Positions 10,885 through 22,200 of a stretch of 64,000 nt of DNA are shown piece after piece. This stretch comes from Massalongia carnosa (lineage: Eukaryota): the NCBI GenBank assembly GCA_965645245.1, contig OZ287085.1:1178001-1242000 (forward strand), given 5' to 3'. The notes under the pieces were generated by a model. The model made no database searches. It was not told where the DNA came from and saw only the letters and a program-made list of their open reading frames with translations. A program made the position numbers and the translations under genes. Every line of letters starts with the position of its first letter. Positions within the stretch are counted from its first letter, which is position 1.

Positions 10885-11875
10885 TATCTGGTGTCTGCGT
10901 GTTTGTCAGGTGAATTCTTTTATATCCTTCACATAGGATAACAGTTTGAAGTTTGATCTTTATTGTAATGTTACGGTCTACCTAGAGGCTAGTCATAGGG
11001 ACGCCATGAACGAAAACAATAAAGATGAAGAGAAAAGAAGGACTCGAAAGGTCTGACCCGTCCCTATATACCAACGCGTTCCCTCATGCAGTACGGTCGC
11101 GAAAGAGTTTTCCGCGCTATCTCGTGAATATCGTTATCCGACCCGTAGGTGCTCGATTAGGTTTAGCTCCTAAAGGCGAAAGGTGGAATCGTGACAATAT
11201 GGATATGTAATAATAAAGGTAGGTATGACCGTGCTGTTAAGGATGAAGAGTTGCTAGGCAGCAATCTTTTCCTATTACTGGTCACCCCTTTCTAAGCTAG
11301 GTAATCTTATCTTATCTTGGAACTAAGCCTAATGCGGCATCTACGGTTTCCGTAGATGATCTATCCATCTAGGGCAGCAGCAGGTGCTATGTTTATTTTA
11401 CTAATAGGTGTTCATTGTGCTGGTAGGAATTGGATATTCAACATGTATGATATCAATTCATAAAATTAATTTCTTTCTGATGTGAAAATTCTGTTGTTGT
11501 ATTTGTTGAACAACGAGATTCTTTCTCTGACGCTGGATTCATTAATCGTTTGCGTTATGATCTAATAAATATGAATTAATAATAAGGTAACATGTCTACA
11601 CGTTATTCTTTTTCCGATTTTCTGATTTCATGATTGAGATACCTGGTATGAGAAAAGTACTTGTCTTCTTTTTTTTTCATTAATATTCAGTTTGTTTAAT
11701 TACTGTTAAAGAAGTGCTGTTGAATTGATATTTGACTGTAAATCGCTGAGGATGTGAAAGATGTCTTTCGTTTCAAAGTACCTTTCGACTAATTCGAATC
11801 ATTTTTGATAGTTTTCTCTACTTAAAATAAGCAAAGATTTTCTTTTGTTTAATATTCGACTCCTATCAGCACAAT

Positions 11876-14800
11876 TGAAACGGGGAGACCTTCTCTCAAA
11901 AGGCATTCACTACTGGAAGACGGGATCCACAAGGGCTACACAACGTGATAGTCACAATAGAGGTACAAATATGGTAGGTCGGGTCAAAGGGTAGACTAAA
12001 TGCTACCCTTTTGAAGTGCTTGATCATTGATCTATATAGAATAGGACGATCCACAACCTAAACTCTTCTTCCGTACCATGCCCATACTACCTGGTATTTT
12101 CGGTCTCTGAAATACTTCGGTCACTGAAACACTTTGGTAGATGAGACTAGGCAGGCGAGCTAGGGGAGGTGAGGCGAGGCGAGGGGATACTTCGTGTACT
12201 ACGAAAACACCTCCATAATAAGTTAAGTCCCCACACTATGCCTAACTGGGTTAGGCGGGACCTTATTTTCTTGGTGGTTGTTTTGGCTGTACGTATCCCA
12301 CATAGCCAGATAGGCCAGTCTTACGTTCAACGAACGCATACTAGGCCTACCCTATTACAACTGCCTCCCTCCTATGGTCGAGTCCCATCCGAGACATGCA
12401 CTGCAAAAGATAGCCTCATGACGACCTAGGGTGCGTACCTAGACAACTCCATAAAAACCCTCTGACCCTTTGGGACAGAGGCAAAAAGGCATCGCTGTCA
12501 TGACGGGTACAGCCTAGCCGAATGATCCACTGCGCCGACGGTCCCCTTGTGAGTATGCAGCCCCTTCCGGCCATTAGGCACCGACTTACGTACTCACTGC
12601 CAATGCCGCAGCATTGGACTTCTTCGCCTGTCCCTTAGGACCAGACTCGCGGCTTCTTGCTCGTATGGACCTTCCCAGCCGCGCCAGCGTCATCTATACC
12701 TAACTGCCGACGACCCCTCTTGGGACGTCCTAGACGCAGCGGTGTTACCAAGTCGACCCCCACTTGCGAGCTTAAAGGCAAAGCCTCATCGACAGGGCCA
12801 GGCGGGGAGTCCGGCTGCAGCGCGGAGTACGTCGATTTCTTCGCTAGAGGAGGACGTGGAGGACCTGAATCGACTGGGGTTCCGCTTGCGGTGGATTTTG
12901 AACGATTATTCTATGGAATAACCTCACAATCTTGCGTAAATGCTTGATGGCCGCATACGGTTCCCAGCTATCCTCAGACTCAGGGTATCCTTTCCAATGG
13001 ATCAGATAATAAAGCCCTACAGGTCTCCCGTCCTCCGACTCCCTAGCATAGACAGCCGAATCTTGAATACTCTCGACCTCGTACTCCTTTGGTTCATTTT
13101 CATTGAACTCTATCTGCTCCGCTATTGACTCCCCCCTTCTTAGTGCCATTCTTCTCCAGAAGAGACACATGAAAGTCATCGTGGATTCGCCAACGCGGCG
13201 GCAGTTGGATGCGATAGGCTTGCTTGCTAATCGGCTCAATAACCTTGAATGGACCTAGGAACTTGTGTTCAAGCTTCCTATTCGTCTTCGTGTTAAAGTG
13301 CATGCCATCCAACCAAACTGACTCGCCGGGGCTGTACACACGATCCTTTGTAGCCTTGTTATGGTAGCGAGCTTGAGACACTTGTGCACCTCTAAGGTTT
13401 GCCTTGCACAGGTCCATAAGCTCTTTGAGTTCCGCGACCTCAGCCCCCGCCGCCCTAGACCGCGAACGGGGATCCAGCTCATCCTCATAACTCATCCGCG
13501 GATGATAACCGCAGTTCAACTCGAAAAGGAGTCAACCCGGTGCTAGAGTGGTTGGAGTTATTGGAGGCGAACTCAGCCATGGGCAGGTACTACACCCAGT
13601 TGTCCTGCTCGAATGAGACAAAGGACCGGAGGTACGCCTCCAACGTGCTATTCTGACGCTCTGTATGGCCGTCAGTTTGTGGGTGAAAAGCCGTGCTGAG
13701 ACTCCTCTTAATGCTAACAAAATAGCACAGCGAGGGCTAGAACTGCGATGTGAACAGGGAGCCACGGTCTATAACTATAGAGTCAGGGAGCCCATGGTAT
13801 CTCACGACCGAATCAATAATTACTTCCGCGAGGCCTTCAGCCGTCAGCATTTTCATCACTGCTTCTTAATGGACCATCTTCGCCAGGCAGTCAACAATGA
13901 CGAGGATGGAGTCATATCCTACTTCACGCCAGTCGCAACTGAGCGGGAGCCCTGTAATGAAGTCCATCGTAATGTCTTTCCACTTATGCGAGGGAATCGG
14001 CAGGGACTGGAGACTCCCATACGGCTTATGCCGCTGCGACTTCGACCTCATGCATACGTCACACGCATCCACGTACTTTTCAACGTCCACCTTGATAGTG
14101 TCCCAGTGGTATTTCCGAGTCAGCAACTCCTGGGTCTTTTCAATGCCTAAAGGCCCGCCAAGGGGTCATCATGATGGCGCGCCATTAGCTCAGTTCGTAA
14201 CGTCTCGGGTATATAAGGCTTGCCTTCATAATATAAGACATCCCCGGACTCCTTCCAGGGCTCGCCCGAAACACCAGAAAACGCATTAACTTCGGAGGTA
14301 GCTAGCCTCTTCCGTACAGCCTGGGCGCCCTTGTCTTCCGCAAGCAACTCAGGAAGACGTGGAAGTAATGAACCGATTGCAGTGTAGGGACCCTCTTCAG
14401 CCACGACTGCCCTTATAACAGCCCATGACTTGACGAGGTCCGGGACCACCGCAGTCCCACAGATAATCACCTCTAACATCATTTTCCTATACCCCTGCGA
14501 GTAGTCACGCTCGCGGGCTTCTTAGGTTGGCTTAATGCCTTGCAGGCCCGAATGGTCACGGGCTCATTCAACAGCAAAGAATCCTGCAAGCGGTGCAATA
14601 TCTGCCTATTCTCAACCATTAACTCATCGTCATCCGCCTCAGCCTAGGCCGGGCGAGATAAGGCGTCTGCGGGGTTGTGAGAACCCTGACGATAGTCAAT
14701 CCGAAAGTTATACCGGGAGAGCTCCTGCACCCAACGGATCTGGCGTCCGCCGAGTCGTTTGGTATCCATGAACCGTTTTAGGTTGTTGTGGTCGGTGAGA

Positions 14801-17800
14801 ACTAGGACGTCATGAGTGCTGCCTTCGAGATAATGCCTACAATGCCTAAAAGCCTCGACAATGGCCAGCAACTCCGCGTCATGCGTTTCATAGTTACGCT
14901 CCGCGGGAATCATCTTCCTAGAAAAGTAGGCTACTGGATGCCAATGATACTCATCGTCCTTTTGTGATAGTATCCCACCGATGGCATACCCAGATGCATC
15001 AGTCTCCACGCGTATATGTCGCTCCGCATCGAAATGCCGGAGGACTGGGGCCGTGACAAAGGCCTCCTTCAGTTGATCGAACGCTACTAACGCCTCAGCA
15101 GTCAGAAACGGGTCCGATTTCGGCATCTTAGGGCCCGTCGTCTTCAGCATCGCGGTCAAAGGCCTAGCGATCTTACTGAACCCCTTGATGAACCGGCGGT
15201 AAAAATTGGCAAAGCCTATAAAGACTTGAATATCGCGAACGCACTGGGGTCTAGGCCAGCTGCGCACGCTCTCTATCCTATCATTCTCCATCCGAATACC
15301 TTCAGGTGAAATAATATACCCAAGAAAGCGAACCTCTTTCTGACTGAAACGGCACTTCTGCAAATTGGCATACAGGCCGTGCTTTCGTAACTGTTCAAAC
15401 ACCCACTTAACCGCATCAGTATGCGCTGAACCAGTCTCTTCAGTGTAAATAAGAATATCTTCTAAATAGACAATGCAAAAAAAATCAAGTTTTTCAGCGA
15501 GTACCTTGTTAATCAAAGCTTGAAACGTCGCTGGTGCATTGGAAAGCCCAAAGGCATAACCTGATATTCGAAATGGCCATAGCGAGTTCGAAAGGCAGTC
15601 TTCCACTCGTCTCCCTTTGCTATTCGCACCCTATGGTACGCATGGATGAGATCAAGCTGGGTATACTCCTTCGCTCGGCCGAGCCTATCTAGGGCCTCGC
15701 CTACTAACGGCAGGGGGTAACGGTTTTTAATCGTTATATTGTTGAGACCCCTGTAGTCGACGCATAGCCGCAATCCTCCGCTGGGCTTCCTAATAAAGAG
15801 GATAGGCGCCCCCGCAGGAGAAGTCGACGGTCTGATGAACCCGTTATTGAGGTTGACTTCGATATAACCCCTTAGAGCTTCTAACTCCGTGGGACCGAGG
15901 CTATAGATAGGCCCATGAGGAGGCGACTTGCCCTCCTCTAGGACGATTCTGTGATCATCCGGGGTCAGCAACGGCAACTCGTCAGCTTTCTCCGCAGAGA
16001 ATACCCCTTCATAATCGGCGTATTCCACAGGGAGCTTGATCTCCTCTGTAGTCGAAATAGCCTGTAGGTTCATGCGCCTAGCGTCGTCCAACGCATCAAG
16101 AATAGCGGCTACTTGTACGACAAAGCAAGCGGACTTATCATCCAGAGCATCCTCTGCGAAGGTCTCCGGCTCAACTAACTCAATGCGCCTTTCGGTCGGC
16201 AAAGAAGTCGAGACAGAATAATCTCTCCAAGTGAGAGACCCTTCAGCGAAGTGGACGTCCGGGTTGCCGAGTTTCCGAAAAGGCATACTCAACACAACAT
16301 CATGAGAGACGTTTGCTATTAGAAAAGTCTCCTCGAACCAGCGAGTTCGTGCGAGCTTGTCATCAACAGAGAATTTGGCTAACACCATGCCATGGGTAGT
16401 CAACCGAGAGCCATCTATCGTAGCCGCACCCCAATTGGTATGCAGGGTCTGAAGACCTAAAGATCGAACCAACTCTGGATCGATAGCATTGAAGGGTTCT
16501 CTTTGCAAACGGGGCGCATGCTTGGCAATTGCCTCCCTAGGGTCAGTCACCGGTTTGGAAGTAACGCCGGCGACCGCTAGTTTTTTGGCTTGGGAGGATT
16601 GGTGCATTAGGTAGAGATATGCCCTTTTTTCACCGCATGAATAGTAGGTGACTTTGGCAGGAGGCTCTACGTTGGCGCCAGTGGCAGGCGTCTTGTTGGC
16701 AGAGGTGCCGGAAGATTCGGTAGGCTTGTTGTTACCCTTGCCACGTCTGTGACTCTTACCCTGAGTCTTCGACGATCGAGTTTGCGAGGCGTCCCTTGAC
16801 TTATCGCGAGGAGAGTCGCGATTTGAGGAGTTCTTGGTCGAGGTGTGCATATTAACGGATGCCTCGGCCTGCATTGCGAGAGCAACGAATTGCGAGTAGG
16901 TACTCGCATTGTCAACCATGTTGTAAAGGGCTGACTTAATCTCAGGACGCAGAGCATCTCGAGCGCGGCGAATCATGTCGGACTCGCGGGGGAAATGAAG
17001 GTCATACTCCTGAAGAACGGAGCACAATTGTTGAAGCTGTACGCTAAACGTGCGTACGTTGTCTCCAGGGCGCTGAACAAAACTAAAGAACTTTCCTCAG
17101 GTTTTGTCCACGAAGGTCTTCTCGTTGCCAAGGTCATCCCGGAGGACCTTTAAGAATTTGGCCCAGGGTGGGTCGTAATCAAGCGGCAATGTCTTGACGT
17201 ATTCTGACCATACATGGCCAACAGTCTCTCCGCGAAGAATGGAAGCCGCGAAAGAGACGGAGGAAGAATCATCGGCATGCGCCCGTGCAGTCTTGAAGTA
17301 CTCGTGACACTGACGAGCGAACTCATGCAGCTCCTTGTGACTACTTCCCTTATATATGTCAGGAACCTTGGGCTTCAGTAAGGGACGAGAGGCGCCGTCA
17401 TAACGGCGGCTTGAGTAGTCACGCGAAGGTGACCGGCGGCGATGGTAATGGCCGGGCGAGCGAGAGCGAGAGTCCCGGCAGGTATGATGACTATTCCGCC
17501 TGGATGACCTCTCAGGCGACTGGGGTGCCCGAGGAGATCGTGGGGCCGATCGAGATCGGCGAGCAGACCGAGAGGGAGTTCGGCGCTGGCCCTGGTTGAT
17601 TTGGTCCAGGGTAGACTGGATACCAGCCCATTGCTCGGCAGTCAGAGTCACTGTGGTAGCTGACGTGCCAGAGGAAGGACGGGCGGAGCCGTGCGGGCCG
17701 ACAGGAAGTGGGCCACTAGACGGCGGAGCACCAGATGCATTGGCTGAATTTAGCTGGAGCACCGGAGGTGCCGAGGAGAGAAGGATCTATTGAGGCCCTA

Positions 17801-17950
17801 ATTGCAGCGGACTGGCTGCGGGTGACCATGGAAGAATCGATGAGGAAGTTTGGCCTGAACGACGAAAGGCCAAATGGTGCTGGATGGCGAAAGCGGTAAA
17901 AAGCAGCACCCTTATTGCGACCACCGGATCGTGCTAATCCAGAGATATAT
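11876..17950 (-). mobile_element. Degenerate Ty3/gypsy chromovirus (gypsy-3); 3' LTR 11876..12359, 5' LTR missing
   Basis: 484-bp LTR preceded by PPT GGAGGGAGGCAGT. Fragmented gag (from ATG 17829) and pol (RLCVDYRGLN, ETDASG, DITMDFITGLP, chromodomain EYEVESIQD...HWKGY) with many frameshifts. Confidence 0.92.
12640..17829 (-). pseudogene. gag-pol of gypsy-3, frameshifted; protease active-site segment appears deleted
   Basis: ORF fragments 17097..17762, 15513..17027, 14644..15606, 13866..14126, 13100..13519, 12844..13239. RT motif reads YLED instead of YLDD. Confidence 0.88.
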
Positions 17951-18548
17951 AGAAAGCCTGTTTCGTCCATATTCCATACATCCAGCTCCGTTATTCCATT
18001 TTCCCTCATATCCCTTTCTAATTTGCTGAAATATTCAACCATATCGTTAACGTCGTGACTATTTTTTCAATCGACCGCGAGATGCTTCTGTTTTCGTACA
18101 TCAAACTCGGGATTTCGATCAAGAAATCGCTTCAGCCACTGATGACCAAGAGTACGATTCTCAAAACGAATCAAATAATTTGCAGCCCCCACGATCAATT
18201 TAGGTCGCGCACACATGTTGGCCTTGTCCAATCGCTCGATGTAGTCACGAACAGCTTGTTCTTGCTCATCCGTCAGAGCTTTGCTGATACCAGGTCGACT
18301 GCTTTTGGATTTGCCTCCATTCCATCGTTTTTGAACCGTACGAGGGGCAACGTCAAAAGCTATGGCTGCAGCTCGACAATTAGTATACAAACCATCGTGT
18401 AATGCGTCAATTGCACTGTCAAGTCGATCCTCGATAGCTGAATATGAATTGACCATTATGTTGTTGATTGTTGACATGTCGAAGTTGAGGTGTAAAATGT
18501 TGAAAATGCGTCTTTGAGCCGGTAGCGTCTTTGAGCCGGTAAGCACTG
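17951..18548 (-). mobile_element. Truncated pogo/Fot1-like transposon (left end plus transposase N-terminus)
   Basis: HTH-psq/CENP-B-like sequence (AAAIAFDVAPRTVQKR...LTDEQE...WLKRFLDR), then VWNMDETGF, after which it fuses to the gypsy-3 leader. 18-bp subterminal direct repeat GCGTCTTTGAGCCGGTA x2. Confidence 0.85.
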
Positions 18549-18686
18549 AGGGGTGCTCTCCGCATTCCGAAAGTGGTCTAGCACGATTACTACTTTTGCA
18601 TCCCCACGAAGCCCGGCCAAGATGATACAAGTCTCGTAATCTGGATGACAGGTCCTGTAAGGTTGGGTGACCTTTTATGGCTTTTA

Positions 18687-18760
18687 ACACAGGTAGCTAC
18701 TACACAAGTAGTTATTACACAGGTATTTACTACACAGATTGTTACTACACAGGTAGTACT
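18687..18760. repeat. 15-bp tandem repeat, 5 copies (ACACAGGTAGTTACT consensus)
   Basis: Directly visible. Confidence 0.8.
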
Positions 18761-19200
18761 ACCTTTCTCCACTTCCCACTGGCCTTGGATTGACTCGGCA
18801 CGACTCTAGTTCACGTCTAGAGCTCGGTGCTCTGGCCGCTAACCTGCGAGTCGTACATAAATTGAGGTTGGCAGACCCAGTGACAAGGCCAGTGACAAGG
18901 CTGACGGAGGGGGCAGCCACCACTTCAATGCTTTTCTTTATATCTAATTGCTTCTGATTATTATCTTTCTCTACGACCTTGGATATTGAGATCGACTCAC
19001 AGCAATACCTACTAGCTTACATCTCCATTTCCGCCATTGATTTCAACCGACGAAATAAAACGATATATCAGTCCCGTAGTATGTACAACAACATAGGCTA
19101 CGAGCGCAACCGCTTTTAATCGAACACTATCGATAAAGATTTGCGAAAACCAGGATGAAGATGACTTACTATCTCCGCGATTAGCAAGTGTGCTATCAGG

Positions 19201-22200
19201 ATGGCGTTGGTGCTCGCTGACGCAGCGCCGCTGAAGCCTGAAATCAAACTTGCACAAGCATTACATGACTACGAGTCGATCCTTTCGGATGAAGACAAGA
19301 GCCAACTCCACTCGCAAGGATTGCCAGATGCTACAGCTGCTATCAATCTCACGTCTCTCATTGATCGAAAATGCAGCAGGCACCGTACTCAATGTATGGG
19401 TCCAAGGCTGATTACATTCCTTGAATCAATTCAGCAATTCTCTCAGGTAGTTGATGTATTCATCAGCTCGAATCCTCAAGTCGCAGCATTAGTGTGGGGT
19501 GGGGTGAAACTGGCTTTACTCGTAATTCCTCTCCCCAGCTCAAGTATTAGGTTTGACTCTTGCAGGCTGCGAACAATTTTTCGTCTTACTTTGATCAGTT
19601 GTCAATCCTCCTCATGAATCTAGGAAGGCAATGCCCTCGAATGCATGGATTTAGATCCTTGTATCCTTCAATAGGACTGCAGAAAGCGCTCTATGACTAT
19701 TACGCTGCCATTATACGGCTTTGTAAGCACGTAACGCAGTCTCTTCGAAAGCCAGGTATATACGCTTGCTGCTCCTCTTCCCAACTCCCTTGTCCACTTT
19801 TGACGCAGTCCAAGAATTGACGTGTTTTCAGTATATATACAGTTGTCGAAGGCACTGATGGTCTCCTTTAAGGCGGAGTTCGGACCGTATGAAGGGGAAA
19901 TTGCACGATTATCTCAAGAAGTTCGAGATGAAGCATCTCTGGCATCGAAGCAAGCTCAAAAGCTGGAAAATGAGCTCCAAGCTAAAGAACGTTCAGATGC
20001 TAGGAAGCATCGGGAAATCGTGGTCAAATTCAGGTACGATTATCGCAAAAGTAAGGAAGAGGAAAGAAATCGGCGTTTGGAGACCGACCGCCGTAAATTA
20101 GAAAAAAAGAGATTGGAAGCCTTGAACGGCCTTTCGACTTATGATTATCAGAAGACGTACAGGCAGATTCGTAAAGAGTGCGTACCTGGTACATCAATGT
20201 GGATATGTGAGAGCCCAGAATTTCATGCATGGATATCTGGAACTCTGAAAACACTTAGGTTTACTGGCAGGTGTAAGTGTATAATGACTCCTAGTGCCCA
20301 GCAATGCTTAAGTGAAAATCAGTAGGATCAGGGAAATCGGTCACGAGGTTCAGTCCCTTATTAGCTTTCATGACGAAGTTTTACTAATGCAGTCCAAGCG
20401 CTTGTGTGGCTGCACATTTAATAGAGAAAGTATCGCCGAAAGATGTTACTGCCTTTTTTTTCTGCCGCTTCGATGAAACAGAATCTTTAAAAGCAAAGAC
20501 AATCGTTGGAAGTGTTGCCAGGCAATTGCTGAGTGATTTGCCTACAAAAGAGTTCTGCGCATTCAATCAGGAAAGTATCGATGAAACAAGCATCATTAGC
20601 GCTCTTGAAGTAATGTTGAGCCATACTCGCCAATACTTTATAGTACTGGATGGCTTGGACGAATGCGAAGAAGCGCAAGTCAAGGAGGTTGCTGGGATCT
20701 TCCACGGACTTTTGCTTTCCCCCCATTTGCATATAAAATTATTTTGGTCCAGTCGTCCAAACGTACTGAGTTGGCTACCAAGAAGATTCCTGACCCAGCA
20801 GCATATTGATTTAGAAACCGTTGAGAATCAAAGCAGAGTCGCTCACGATATTCGTAAATTCATCCTCGTCACACTCGAAGAGTGGCTCGAAGGCGAGACG
20901 CCGGAACTGCAAATTGGTGATCCAACCCTGATAATAACGATTCTAGACCGTCTTGAAAAGGAAGCTCAGGGAATGTATGATATCCTTGTGTCATAAATAA
21001 TAGTGCAGGGCTTACCTCAAAAGGTTCTTATGGGTCAAATTTCAACTCCAAGAGTTGCGTGAGAAAAAATCGGATAGTCTGATACTTGCTGCGTTGAGAA
21101 ATCTTCCACGCGATCTTCCGGAGACGTTTAAAAGAATCCTCTCTAAATATACCGAAGCTGACGACATTGATATCGGAAGGCAAATATTTCGCTGGGTCAG
21201 TGTAGCGAAACGTCCGCTTACGGTCGAAGAACTTCGGGAAGCTATAGGGACCATACCACTACAAGAAGCATGGAATGATAATATATATATCAATGACATG
21301 AAGAAAGCGGTGGCATGTTGCGGTAATCTCGTCTTCATAGAAGAAGAACAGCAAACGGTACACTTTACGCATGGTAGCGTCAAACAATATTTGCTTTCAA
21401 GAGCCGTCCAGGATTCGCTGAGCAAATATTACGTGGATCTGAAAAAAGCCGATGAAGATGCAGGTGCTATCTGTGTCACATATCTCAATTTCCCCGTGTT
21501 TAATAGGCAAATGGCGCATAAAACCGGCAAAAGCATCACCACTACCGGTATCACGTCCATGATCATAAAGAATAGCCTACCGCCTGGAAACTTATCCAAT
21601 AAAATTGCTCTTAAGTTACTGAGACGAAATGATAAGTCTAGCAAGTCAGTCCATCGTCTATTAGAGGAAGCAGGGGGTGATACCGAAGTTTGCCGCAAGG
21701 ATAATATTTTCAGACAATACTCCTTTCGACGTTACGCAAACCAATTCTGGCTTGAACATACTAAGCAGGGAATGAGTCCTGATTCTGGGAAGCTGTGGGG
21801 ACTGTGGTGCAATTTGATAAGGGACGCTAGTTGGCGTGACACTCTGTCTAGCATACCATGGACATTGAAGGACTGGAAGAAGCGCACTACTAAAGTCATA
21901 CAATGGGTAGTAGAACAGAACCACTGTTCGTTAGCTTGGCTGATCATAGACCCTGACGTAAGGCTTACACAGCAGAATCTTCTAAATCTCGTCAAAGGCG
22001 CTGCAGAGAGAGGACATGCACATTTGATAGAGATTATTCTGGGCTCAGAAGATATTTCGCAATTCATTCTAGATTCAGGACTACAATCAGCAGCTGAAGG
22101 TGGCCATCTAGATGTGGTAGAGAGATTGCTTCAAGAGAAGGCTGACGTTAATGCTGCTGCTGCTGTATTCAGTGGCAGGACTGCACTTCAAGCAGCAGCT

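Larger units (their letters stand above)
5344..11196 (-). mobile_element. Full-length Ty3/gypsy chromovirus (gypsy-2), apparently intact
   Basis: 228-bp LTRs 5344..5571 and 10969..11196 (2 differences seen), TSD ATATG, uninterrupted gag and pol. Confidence 0.97.
5313..11443. mobile_element. Copia-type solo LTR (about 273 bp) split by the gypsy-2 insertion
   Basis: TGTTGAATA...TATTCAACA inverted termini with TSD TGTAT (5308-5312 and 11444-11448). Confidence 0.8.

Noticed and set aside
12169..12429. Small ORF MRRGEGILRV..., duplicated at 47694
   Set aside because: It lies within the gypsy-3 LTR, and the duplication simply reflects the two LTR copies.
19201..19330. Amyloid signalling motif at the NLR N-terminus with an adjacent HeLo effector
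   Set aside because: No Q/N/G-rich motif was seen and no neighbouring effector gene was recognisable.
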